From Camelus dromedarius (lineage: Eukaryota), in assembly GCF_036321535.1 (NCBI RefSeq), contig NC_087446.1:248001-312000 (forward strand): a DNA stretch of 64,000 bases, read 5' to 3'. A program made the translations under genes and the position numbers. This document shows, one piece after another, positions 11,501 to 22,469 of the stretch (position 1 is the first letter of the stretch; each line of letters starts with the position of its first letter). Below the pieces are notes generated by a model that ran no database searches, had not been told where the DNA came from, and worked only from the letters and a program-made list of their open reading frames with translations.

Positions 11501-12211
11501 GCCCCTCCCCAGTGAGCCAGGTGACCCTACACCTTGTTGCCAGGGCCTGGTGTCCTGTTCCACTGTGTGGACTGGGGCCTGGTGAGCTGGTGACTTGGCT
11601 CGGATGCCTCCTGCCTTCACCTGCACCTCCACTTCTCTGTCAGGACTCTGAGGGGTGAAGTGTATCAGGAGGGGTGTAGATGCCCCCTGTGCTTTGCTCC
11701 TACCCAGGAGGGCAGCACCTGGCCTGCGAGGCTCCCTTCCTTTTCCTCGGGGGGCTTCCGGGGTGGCATTACCATGCTGCTGTCCCAAGGCCCCTCCACT
11801 GGTCACCTCACCACGTGTGTTGGGTGGAGGTGCGGCTGTGGCAGCCAGACCTCTACCTCCCAGGAGCTCCTGATTTTGTGCCCTTGCTGCCGCCAGGCTC
11901 CCCTGGCCACATCCTGGAGGCTCTGACTTCCCCTGCCCTGAGCTGGGCCCCTTGATGCCACCACTGACCTTGGACTTTGGGGGCAGGGCTGGCCCAGTTC
12001 CTCCCACCTGAGAAGTCTGGGTCCGAGGGGCTGTGGATGCTGGTCCTGCTGCCTCCTGGTCCTGCCCAGAGCCAAACCAGTGCAAGGCCAGTGCGGTGGC
12101 GGCCACCACAGCCAGCGCCAGCAGGGTCAGCACGGCGCCATCCCAGTCGTCGTCCCCGTCCCCGTCCCAGCCCCAGCTGGGGCCGTCAGCCTCTGAGGCA
12201 CCCTGGATCAT
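8585..12211 (-). CDS. KLHDC7B: Kelch domain-containing protein 7B, long single-exon form (1208 aa)
   Basis: Uninterrupted ORF. ATG at 12211 in accATG context (the ORF track's 12223 start is GTG); TGA at 8585-8587. Begins MIQGASEADGPSWGWD..AVLTLLALAVVAATALALHWF, has a central Pro/Ala repeat, and ends in C-terminal Kelch repeats (YLFLAGG, LYAIGG, IYVTGG). Confidence 0.96.
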   Translation of the reverse strand: MIQGASEADGPSWGWDGDGDDDWDGAVLTLLALAVVAATALALHWFGSGQDQEAAGPASTAPRTQTSQVGGTGPALPPKSKVSGGIKGPSSGQGKSEPPGCGQGSLAAARAQNQELLGGRGLAATAAPPPNTRGEVTSGGALGQQHGNATPEAPRGKGREPRRPGAALLGRSKAQGASTPLLIHFTPQSPDREVEVQVKAGGIRAKSPAHQAPVHTVEQDTRPWQQGVGSPGSLGRGPGSWRWQVGHSSGGRACLGTVVSVWDAVDAAGSLPAGSQGLPFLRELPPSHTAQTGPLKDVLERGRGKSRPQPAPVLVLDSEAKAGESREAGTLAPRESQGSPASMECWPWARREVVMRSFSQAPGSIGPSPEGPQWGRPLLSQGQGTTEACNVGEAGANGAGDDAVFSSGPGGTNKRGGHSIEGRGSLQGQVAGGSDRAKLAPDIRSCTPLRGPSVLPPPCISKPLPPSASPSTAHPHQGLLAVSPTLLTLSPSDSLPLRVNQSPAEDENLRAVPAPPPTAAPTPAPAPPTGAASPPAPAAAPAAAPAPAPAPAAAPAPAPAPAPATAPAPAGGSRLASREPSVLCKGNQEGQFSTSWGNLISMVLRSHPFPRQERPQRRAPRAALERPRDPSTSTSSENKESDSPLEEAVHSCEDRPGSAGLVTGPGTGGLAEVGGQPQQSSAETKESPTTVPPSGPRGDRAEEDCPDLLLPRATMPRAPSWPPAQTQAGPVPSPATRPVPRPWKRSMCEISENSEQEVSQVASGQHQAQAPGERPSPAGSREVLMEKQKEAQKLMVFLQRPGGWGVVEGPQKPRSSAGDPASTAAVALPRWRDLGSCLDVLAFAQQHGAPGLAQETYALMSDNLLHVLGDPSLYRQLSGADRERILSLRTGRGQAVLGALVLPSLYQVSRSGLTRHPCAAEAPAVGPVPPPLHTYLHVFHPRENTWRPLTQVPPEVPLRGCGLCTLHNYLFLAGGIRGSGAKAVCSNEVFCYNPLTNIWSQVRPMQQARAQLKLVALDGLLYAIGGECLYSMERYDPRTDAWTSRAPLPAGTFPVVHEAVACRGDIYVTGGHLFYRLLRYSPAKDVWDECPYSASHRRSSDMVALGGFLYRFDLLRGVGAAVMRYNTVTGSWSRAASLPLPDPAPLRCAVLGNTIYCLNHQVTATFTVFEGTAQFQAKELQPFPLRTKGVLCPFILTLPPADPLQTEL
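10495..10680 (-). repeat. Coding GC-rich low-complexity tandem repeat (APAPAA-type) inside KLHDC7B
   Basis: Reiterated ggggct/gcagct/gcaggg hexamers on +, encoding PPAPAAAPAAAPAPAPAPAAAPAPAPAPAPATAPAPA. Confidence 0.85.
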
Positions 12212-15200
12212 GGTCTGGGCCACTGACCCAGCGTGAGGAGCCAGGCAAGAGACTGGAGGCCGCGAGCGCTGAGTGCACCACTCCTGCTTCAGGCCTGGGC
12301 TCTTTCCATGCAGATGGCATCAGTGACGCACCCTGCCCCGCCCAGAGGGCTGCCCAGTTAAGGTGGACCTGGGCTGGGGCAGTGCTCTGCTGTCCTGGGA
12401 GGGGTGGGTCTCTGTGTCTGTGCCTGGGCTTGGGGGTTTGTCAGGAGGCCCCCCGCTGGAGGTGTCAGGAGACAACACAGTCGACAGCAGCTCCAGGAGC
12501 TCAGGCCCCCCACCAAGCTCCTGCCCCTTCTCTTTTTCCGTAGGTTCTAGTGGCAAATGGCAGTGTTTCTCAATACTGTTCGGGCATCCCAGCCAACTGG
12601 CTTCTGCCTAACAGACCTCACACCCCCAAGCTCGTCCCCCACGCCCCGTGTCCCTCCTCTGAGCTCGGGTCCAGCCTCAGGGGGCTCCGGCAGGGAAGAG
12701 TTACCCACAGGAAGATGTTCTCTGTAGTTTCAGCAACATGATGCGGCCCTGATGAAATTACCAGAAACCTGAGGAGACCATTCCACTGTGAGCTAACAGG
12801 AGAGGAGGGGGCTGGTCTCCCTGAGGAGGGCGTGCAGGGGTCAGGGGCATCTGTCCGCCCCAGCACAGGGATGGGCTGCTGAGGAAGTTGTGCCCTCCCG
12901 TCACCACATGCGTGACGTGGAGGCTAACACTGTTCCCCTCCCAGGGTCCACAGCAGAGCCCGAGCGGCCAAGGCTGAGCCTCCCACACCCTCGTCCAGCA
13001 GCCCCTGGACCTTCTTACCCCGAGTTCAGCAGAGATATCGAGAGTGAAAAATGAACGAAATAAAGAAAATCCAAAAGTTGTTTTTCCCTCCTCATTGGCC
13101 TGGCCTCTTGGGCCTCCCCCTGTGCCCTCTGGAAAGTCTTGACTGCCAGGTGCCACTCACACCGGTGGGGAACCCGGCCGGCTCCCATTGCCGTCACTGG
13201 GCCCTTCGGAAAGCCTGGGAGTCATCCTGGGTGTCTCATCTCAGTTCTCGGCCTTCCCTCATCCAAACTCCTCCTCGCCAGGACTCGGGCCCCTCCAGGC
13301 CTGTGTGCAGATGCTTCTGGGGGTGCATACGCCTGGCCTCCTCTCAGTGCTTGGTTTCCCAGGGACAAGCCCTGTCTCCTGCATCTTCTTCTCACTTAAT
13401 CTGAGGAGTAAGTCAGTCTTGGGACAGATGCCAGATAGGGCCCAGACATGAAAAAGAGCCTGGAGTTCCTGGGACAGAGGCAGGCCCCCCACAACACATG
13501 CTTGTTTCTTCTTCTGGGACACAGGTGCTCCCTGACGCAGGCAGCAGGCTGGCCAAGGCACACCCCTGGCTCCCAGCCTGGGCTCTGCTTATCCTCAGGT
13601 ATCTCACCTACCTGCTCCTCCCAACACCCCCTGCCCAGTGTATCAGATGGCAGTAAAGGATGGAAGGGGCCCTGCCTTAAGGTGGACCTCAAGCTGGAGG
13701 CCAGCTTTCTGGACACTGCCCTGATTCTGTCCCTGTCCCAGGCTCTGCCTCCTGGTTAAGTTTGGGATCCAAAGACCTTGAGAGGATGGAGATGCACCTC
13801 CCCATTGGCCATGTGTCTCCCTGCAGCATCACCTGTCTGAGTGCCAGGCTGCTGTCAGAGAGCAGAAGTGTCCACTTGAGATAGCTTAGGACATCCTGGT
13901 GGGGAGATCACCCTAACCAACTTCACAAGGTGCAAGGACCGTGATGGGTCCTAGAGACACACAGGTGACCAAGGAAGGGTCTAGTCCCCTTCTCTACGGA
14001 GAGAAAACACCTTACCTTGTCAAAACCCAGACTGAGGGCAACCTCAGCCCCGCATGGAGAAACTCACTACTGGGAAGGTGACTAGAGACATGTTACCTCC
14101 TGAAATAGTGGGACTTCTGCCGTCTTAACTTTCCAGAGAGAGTAAAAATGTGGCACTGACGGAAAGGTGACAGAACTTCAGAAGCACACAGGATCACCCA
14201 CGGAAACTGTGAGACATAAGTAATTGTCCTGGTTATGCTATGATGGCATAAATATCACAAATTCCCATCGAGGTAAAAATTAAAATCAAGAAAGTGGGTC
14301 CTGGGAACGTCCAAACTTTAGTGGCCTCCTTAGAGCTCCTTTTCCGATTGCCTGCTGAGGCAGGAATCCTGTTCCAGTCTATACAAGGAAGAGAGAGGGA
14401 CCTGTGCCTATGTACCTGAAGATACTGTTTCCTCAGAGACAACACAAGCAGAGCAGGAGTGGAGGCAGTCACCTGCCTGCCAGCAGCCAACACCAATGGA
14501 CACTGGGGGCCTGGGAGGTGGGGAAATCCATCCACATATGAGCTGGTCCACTGCAGCACCCACAAGAAAAAGAACCCCCACTGCCTGGTCACTGAACCCC
14601 AACAAAGCTGGGCGGTACCCTGGCCCCCACTGTGCCCTTCCTGAAACATATACTGGAGGAAAAGCCTAGTGAAATGAAGACGTAATTCCACGTGGAGTGC
14701 TAAATACAAGTGAACAGCTGATATAAATAAGACAGTAGACAGCAGCAAACCCCGCCTAATGTAGAGTTTCTCTATTGGAATTTTTTAAAGGTAGGAAATA
14801 CATAATCAGAAATGATATAAAACAAGGACTATAATATATAATCATATTTATGCTAAAAGCATATATTATTTTTATATATATGTTAACAAATCTAGAATAA
14901 TGTTTAAGGCTTAAAAAATATAAATCTCAGATTTAATAATTACATCCAACAGGGAATACCGCTTAAGGAATCTGGCTGATGTGGGAAAAGGCTTATGCAA
15001 AAACGTTTTTAAAAAGGACAATGCAATATGATTTATAATGGAAAAAAATTAGAACATGTAAGCATTCAACAATATGGGAATGATTAGGAAAACATGCTCA
15101 TGACTTTAAAGTGTGGTATTGAAAATGAATTTAAATAGTTATTAATAATATGGCTGAAAAGCTCAATACAACTATTAACAGGGAGTCTTAGAAGAGGCAA

Positions 15201-16028
15201 AAAATAAAATATTTAAATAATGACAAAGTATAAAAAGGGAGAGAGAAGAAAGAGAGAAAGTATAATGAAGAGTCACCTCTATTCCAAGAAGAATAGTCAC
15301 TGCCTAAATCTTGAGACCAGTTACTAAATTCAGTTCAAATGTAAGTTTAAATTTTTTTAGTTCTAAGTTGCTGCCACTATTTACAACATTCGGGGATTAG
15401 AAAACCTAATGTTGTAAAGATGACAACTGATGAATTACAATTCAGAGATTCAAAAGACTCAATGCATCTCAAGCAGAAATAAAAGGAAATGAATACCAAG
15501 ACACAAAACAAGTGAAACACAGAAATCACAAAAGACAGAAAATCAAAGCAACCACAGAAAAAGGCAGGTTACCTAAAAGGAATGACAGCCTTACAGCTGA
15601 CTTCTCAATGACAGAAAAATGGAGGCCAGAAGATGATGCAACGAAACTTTCGATGTGCTGAAAGACAATAATTACCAACCTAAAATTCTATACTTAAAAG
15701 AAATATCTTTCAAAAATGAGGCAACATAAAAACATTTTCAGACAAACACTAAGAATCTTCACTAAAGGAAATTCTAAACTATGTATTTCAGCATAAAGAA
15801 AATCATACCAGATGAAAGGATTAAGACTGATGTAACGACAGATGGGCAACCACAGCAGTGAGAATGGTAAGAAAGTGAGTGAATCTAAACAAACATTGAC
15901 TCTACAAATCATGTAGAATTAAAAATATATATAATCAATGAAACCAAAGTTGTTTCTTTGCAAAGATCAACAAAATTAACAAACTTTTAGCTAGACTGAC
16001 CAAGAAAAAAACGGAAAAGACAAAAATG

Positions 16029-17034
16029 CAGTTGACACTCAAACAACACGGGGGTTAGGGGAACTCACCTCTGTGCAATCAAAATTCCACACGTAATTTT
16101 GACTCCCCCAAAACAGAAGACAACTACTGATAGCCTACTATTCACCGGAAGCCTTACCAATAAGACAAAGTCAATGAACACATCTTTTATGCTATATATT
16201 ATATACTGTATTCTTACAATAAAGTATCTACAGAAAATATTATACAGAAAACCCTAAGGAAGACAAAATACATCCAGAATTCTGTACTGTATCAATATCA
16301 TTAGTTTATCATGAGTTGTGTCATCATCTGCTTACAAGATGAGTCGTTTCTGTCAGTACTTACATCAGTATTGTGTTAGACGATACAAAACACTGTCGGT
16401 GTTACACATATTACTAAAGCTAGACATGACGAATGAGAAGATAATATGAAAATAAATTCACACTTACTTACGGGTGTAACAGTTCATGCACTGATGATGA
16501 AGCAGCAGTCATACAACCGCTTCATGGCCATCTAGTGTCATCGACACCACTGCTCACGGCAGCCCAGTCTGTACACTGATGAACGAGTCGTTATAAAACC
16601 TCTAAGGCTTGCAACATCAGTCATGTTCATAACGCAGCACTGGGAATCTTGTTACAGGCTTGAAAGCCACTTACCTGTGAGGTCAGGCTGACAAACAATT
16701 TCTCCCAATACGAGAGAGAGAGAGGAATACTATATGGTAATGTAATTCTTTAAAAGCAAAGTTATAAAACAGTAAGAAAAGTAACATTACTAATTTTATG
16801 TAGAATATCACTCTCCCTATACCTATTTACAGATAGACAAATATCTACATATATTTTATGCATTCATGACATAATTTTTTCTTATTTTTTTATATTTCTA
16901 GGCTATGTAGTTCATCTGTGAGTTTTTAAATAGTGTCATAAATCTCCAAAATTTTTTCCAAAATATTTATTGGAAAAAATCTGCTTATAAATGGACCTGT
17001 GCAGTACACATCTATGTTGTTCAAGGGTCACCTG
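16029..17034. mobile_element. Tigger2-family (TcMar) non-autonomous DNA transposon, ~1 kb
   Basis: Terminal inverted repeats cagttgacactcaaacaaca / tgttgttcaagggtcacctg; TA at 17035-17036. Confidence 0.8.
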
Positions 17035-19724
17035 TATCTAAAACCAGAAACAAAAATGGGAACATTACTCTTGATTTTACAGGAAAAGGAAAAGGATTAT
17101 AAGAAAATACTATGAACAATTATATACCAACAAATTAGATGACATAGATGAAATGGACAAATTCCTGGAAACACACAAACTACCAAAACAGACACGGAAG
17201 AAATAAAAAATCTCAACAGATCTTATAACAAGTAAAGAGCTTGAATTAGTAATTTAAAACTTCCCAGCAAGCCCATAAGTCAAAGATGGTATCAAAAGAA
17301 AAATGAGAAGTTACTTTGGACTGAATGAAACATTCTGCAACACGTATTTCAAAACATATCAAATTACACTTTAAATATGTGCAGTTTGTTGTATGTCAAA
17401 TAATTATATCAAATTATTTTTAAGATGTATGAATTAATCAGAATGTAAGACTATAACTCACTTCCCACTGCTATAATGTCCATAGCTCAAAGAATCTCAG
17501 ATTTCAAAGAACTGCAATCTGTTAGTAGGAAAGTTAAATTTCAGAACTGATTCACACAGTTTACTATGTTTGAATCATGCTTTGAGTTTGAAATACAAAG
17601 CTTAGGATATGTTTAAATTATAAACTGTACGCAACATAAGATCAGCCAGGTTCTAGAGGAACTAAGATAAAAGTAAACTAGGCCCACCAAGAAGCCAGTG
17701 TTCCTGGACTTTTAGAAAAGAGCATGTGAATTCTATAAATATCCTAAAATGTCTTTTATATGGTCTAGCTCTGATCAATGTTTGAGTTTATCTGGCTCTA
17801 TGAAAGTGGATTCTCTTTTCAGAATTTCTTATCAAAGGCGAAAGGCACTTGAAATGTAAATCCTAGAATAAATAAAACAATGCCCCAGATAAATACAAAA
17901 AAAAAAAAAACAAGAAACCTCCCAACAAAGAAAATTCCTGGGCCAGATAACTTCACTGGTGAATTTTACCAAACATTTAAAGTATTAAAACCAATTTTTC
18001 TGAAACTCTTCCAAAAAATTTACAAGGTGGGAACACTTCCTAATTCATTTTGTGAGGCCAGCATTACCCCCCTTGATATCAAAGCCAGGTGAAAATATCA
18101 CAAGAAAAGAAAATTATAAACCAATATCCCTTAAGAATACAGATGCAAAAATCAACAAAATACTAGCAAACTAAATCCAACAGCGTATTAAAAGGACTAT
18201 ATATACCATGACCAGATGGGATTTATCCCAGGAATGCAAAAATGCTTCAACATAAGAAAAATCAATCAATGTAATACATTGATTAGAATACATTCATTAT
18301 TAGACAGTGTTCATGTACTAGAGTACATTAACAGAACAAAGAGGGGAAGCACATGATCATCTCAAACAACAGAGAAAGACAACTACAAAATCCAATACCC
18401 TTTCCTGATTTAAAAAACAACAAAAACAACAACAACAACACTCAGCAAACTAGAAATCAAGGGGAACCACTTCAACACCATAAAGGGCATTTAAGGAAAA
18501 CTTGTGGCTAACATAATGGTGAAAGATTGAAAATGTTCATTCCTCGTAAATCAAGAATAAGGAAAGAATGTCCATGTTCACTGCTGTTACTCGACATTGT
18601 ACTGGAGGTTCTAACCAGAGCTATTAGTGAGGAAAAAGAAATAAAAAGGCATACAAATACTAAAGGAAGAGGTAAAACTAACTCTATTTACAGATGACAT
18701 GATCTTATACATAGATTATCCCAAGGAATCAATAAGAAAGCAGTTAGAGTTAATAAATTCAGCAAAATTACAAAATACAAGATCAACATATAAAAATCAG
18801 TTGTTTGTATACACCAGCAATGAACAATCTAAAAAGAAAACTAAGAAAGTAATTCCACTTAACAATATTATTTAAAAGAATTAAATACTTGGGAATACAT
18901 CAAATCAAGGACATAAAAGGCTTGTATGCTGAAAACTATAAAACACTGCTGAAAGAAACTAAAGGCATAAATAAATGGAAAGACATCCCATATTCGTGGA
19001 TTGGAAGACAATATCATTAAGATGTTAATTCTATTCAAAGCAATCTTCAGACTTAAGCAAGTTCTATCAAAATGGACATTTTTGTAGAAATGGCAAAGCC
19101 AATCCTGAAGTTCATATGGAATTGCAAGGGGCCCTGAATAGCCAAAACAGTGTTGAAAAGGAACAAAATGGGAGGAGTCACACTTCCCAAGTTCAAAACT
19201 TACTAGTAGTTCAAAACAGTGTGGTACTGGCATAAGGATGGACATAAAAACCAACGGAATATTACTGAAAGAAGTAAACCCATACATCTATGGCAAAAAC
19301 TGATTTTCAACAAGGGTGCCAAGACCATTCAATGGAGAAAGAATAGCATCACCAATAAATGGTGCCAGGACAACTAGATATCAACATGCAAAAGAATGAA
19401 GTTGGACCCGTACCTCACACTGTACATAAAAATGAAATCAATATGGATCAGCAACCTAAATATGAAACCTAAAGCCATGAAACTCTTAGAAGAAAACACA
19501 GGGGTAAACCTTCACGACCCGTATTCTTGGCAGTGGATCCTTAGATATGACATCAACAAAAATGAGCAATAAAAGAAAAAATAGAAATTAGACCAACTAA
19601 ATGTAAAATTTTGTGCATCAAAGGACATTATTTTAAAAAGTAACAAAACAACTTGCAGAACAGGAGAAAGTATTTTCAAATTGTGTTTCTGATAAGGGTC
19701 TAACATCCAAAATGTATAAAGAGT

Positions 19725-19789
19725 GGGGGGGGGGGTCCTAGCTCAGTGGCAGAGCACATGCTTCGCATGCATGAGGTCCTGGGTTCAAT
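19725..19789 (+). mobile_element. tRNA-derived SINE (Vic-1-like), truncated by an assembly gap
   Basis: G-run head, A-box tagctcagtggcaga, B-box gggttcaat, inserted in L1. Confidence 0.8.
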
Positions 19790-19945
19790 NNNNNNNNNNN
19801 NNNNNNNNNNNNNNNNNNNNNNNNNNNNNNNNNNNNNNNNNNNNNNNNNNNNNNNNNNNNNNNNNNNNNNNNNNNNNNNNNNNNNNNNNNNNNNNNNNNN
19901 NNNNNNNNNNNNNNNNNNNNNNNNNNNNNNNNNNNNNNNNNNNNN
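19790..19945. other. Assembly gap (N run); further gaps at 56939-57067 and 57284-57548
   Basis: Runs of n. Confidence 1.
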
Positions 19946-21954
19946 TAATGGGCAAAGGACCTGAATGGACATTTCTCCAGAGAAGAAATGCAAATGACCA
20001 GCACTCATGTGAAAAGATGCTCAGCATCATTAGGGAAATGCAAATCAAAGCCACAATGAGATGCCACTTCACATCCACTAGGGTGACTATAAATTAAAAA
20101 AATAGAAAATTAAAGTGTTGGTGAGTGAGCCATGAATAGGAAAACAAAGGGCCATTAAGGAGGCTATAAGCCAAATACTTTTGTTTACACCCTCATGATC
20201 TTAGAATAGTTAAGTAATCAGTTAATACCAAAAAATAAAGCTAAATAAGTTAACAATTTTAAAAAAAATTATTGGTGAGGATGTGTGTAAACTAGAACTC
20301 TCATATATTGCTGGTGGGAATGTAAAATTGTTCAAGCACTGTGGAAAACAATTTGGCAGAGTTTGAAAAAGCTAAACATGAAATTACTATATAATCCAGC
20401 AATTTTAGATACACATCTAAAAGAATAAAAACAGGTACGTAAATATATGTATACACACGTTCATAGCAGCATTATTCAGAATAGTCAAAAGGAAGAAACA
20501 GCCCAAATGTTCAACAAATGGATAAATAAATTGTGATCTATGCACACACTGGATCAGCCATTAAAGGAAGGAAATCCTGACACACTCTACAACATGGATG
20601 AAACTTGGAAACCTCATGCTCAATGAAATAAGCCAGACACAAAAGGGCAAATATTGCATGACTTCCCTCATACAAGGTACCTAATGTAGTCAAATTCATA
20701 GAGACTGAAAGTAGATCAGAGGTTACAAAGGGCTGGGGGAGGGGAATGAGGACTTACTGTTTAGTGGGGACAGAGTTTATCTTAGCAACGATGACAGTTT
20801 GGGGTGTAGACTATGGTGATGGGCACATAGCATTGTGAATGTATTAAGTGCCACTGAACTGTACCCTTACAGATGGTTAAAATGATAAAAATTAACACAC
20901 AGTCCCCAAACTATCATCATTCTGCAGCACAGGCCAGTCGTAGATGTTCTGAAGACACCATGTAAGGTCGCAACAGCCAGGGTGACCAGAAGCACGCGTC
21001 ACGTTACACATCTGCAGGCTCCCCAAAGAGGGACTAGGCATAGCTAGCTTCTCCAAGTAACCAGAAATGAGTCAAAGTACATCCAGGCCCAGGAACAGCG
21101 CCCAGGAGAGTGCCTACCAAGAACAAAGGCTGCACGTGACAGTCCTGGCACTGGACACCGACGGCAGCCAAGGTCTTGATGAGACACGGTCAGTCCGACG
21201 GGTCTGTTCTCAGCTAAGCCACCTGAAGAGGGAAGGAACGTCTACCCTCGCGGTCAACAACTGAGAAATCCCATTAATAATCAATAGGCTAATGCTTAAC
21301 ATCAACAACCAATATGTAATAACTAAACAAGTAATCAAGAAGTAACAGTTGAGAAAACAAATAAAATTAATTATATTTTATTTAGAAGCACTGAGTACAG
21401 AGCAGATGGAGAAGAGGAGGGTGCCTCCCATGACAGCAGTGGTAGCGTTGAAGGTAGAAGTCATACAAACCATATGTATTTGTTCTTAAATTTGTGACAA
21501 ATAGAACAAAGTAAATTTTTTTAAAAACCTAAATTTCATCCTTGATAAATATTACAGAAAAGTTCACCAATGATAAACAAATCCTGGCTAATAATTAGGC
21601 AAACTGAGCAAACAGTAGGGAAGTCTGGGGGGGGGGGGCGTGGCGTGTACAGAGCGCCCTCTGGGGGTGGGTGCTATGCACCACTTCTTCCAAAATAATG
21701 ACGAGTTTATGGAGGAGCCTCAGAAATTGTTCAAGAGTAAACTAAACCGAGTAAACTTTTAAGTAACTATTTAAAAACTAGATTATAATTTACCTCCGCA
21801 GAAAACAGACGTCCATTATTAGCTCAAGGCACATCTGTAATTCATTTGTGACACCCCACTGTGCCTCATCTCACTGGCTGGTATTTTCTGCTATAAACAG
21901 TGAAAATACAGATACAGCAAGAGTGTGGGTGAATCTCAGCAGCATGACAGTGAG

Positions 21955-22083
21955 TTTTTTCTTTTTCTGTTTAGGAGGGGGAGGTTTATTTGCTTATTTA
22001 TTTTTAGAGGCGGTACTGGGCATTGAACCCAGGACCTCTTGCATGCTAAGCACACACTGTACCATTTGAGCTATACCCTCCCC
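21955..22083 (-). mobile_element. tRNA-derived SINE (Vic-1-like)
   Basis: Reverse complement has ggggagggtatagctcaaatgg..gtcctgggttcaat plus an A-rich tail. Confidence 0.8.
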
Positions 22084-22469
22084 TAGCATGATGGTGATTT
22101 AAAAAAGCAAGTCACATGGTGAGAATGTAAAATGGTACAACCACTCTGGAAAAGTCTGGCAACTTCTTTAAAAAAAACAAACATATACTTACCATATACC
22201 CAGCGATAGCACTCCTGGGCATTTATCCCAGAGAAATGGAGGCTTACGTCTATACAAACAGCTGCACATAAATGCACAGAGGTGAGGAGCAAGGTGCCTC
22301 TAGCCAGTGGCTACAGGAGGTGGCTGCCAAGTGTCCCTACAGGTGGATCAGCCCAAGGAGATCTAAAATGGGCATAAGAGCGTCTGATAAACTAACAAAT
22401 AATTTTTTTAGGTAGCTAAAAGAAAGGAAGAATAGTTAAAAGCAGAAAATGGACAGAAACAAAAAAAAA

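Larger units (their letters stand above)
15380..20900 (+). mobile_element. Old, near full-length LINE-1 (ORF1 remnant, ORF2, 3'UTR) carrying several nested insertions
   Basis: ORF1-like at 15430-15800 (acagctgacttctca..), ORF2-like from 15930 (e.g. [18 protein letters not shown]), L1M-type 3'UTR ending ~20890. Interrupted at 16029-17034, 17271-17913, 19725-19945 and 20126-20265. Confidence 0.85.

Noticed and set aside
8732-12543. Many 100-280 aa ORFs on the + strand and in alternative - frames over KLHDC7B
   Set aside because: Shadow ORFs expected from GC-rich, stop-poor coding sequence; no recognisable domains or independent signals.
13040-13072. GAAA-rich tract upstream of KLHDC7B as an ISRE
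   Set aside because: Spacing does not fit GAAANNGAAA; more likely an A-rich remnant.
14233-14748. 171-aa and 65-aa minus-strand ORFs that look vaguely protein-like
   Set aside because: No family recognised, and no convincing ATG or splice structure. A tBLASTn/RepeatMasker search would be decisive.
19730-19789. tRNA-like sequences here and at ~22020, ~27060 and ~48850
   Set aside because: No complete cloverleaf or acceptor stem; G-run heads and A-rich tails indicate SINEs, not tRNA genes.
19700-20097. ORFs containing X runs (also 56788-57649)
   Set aside because: Artefacts of N gaps within L1 sequence.
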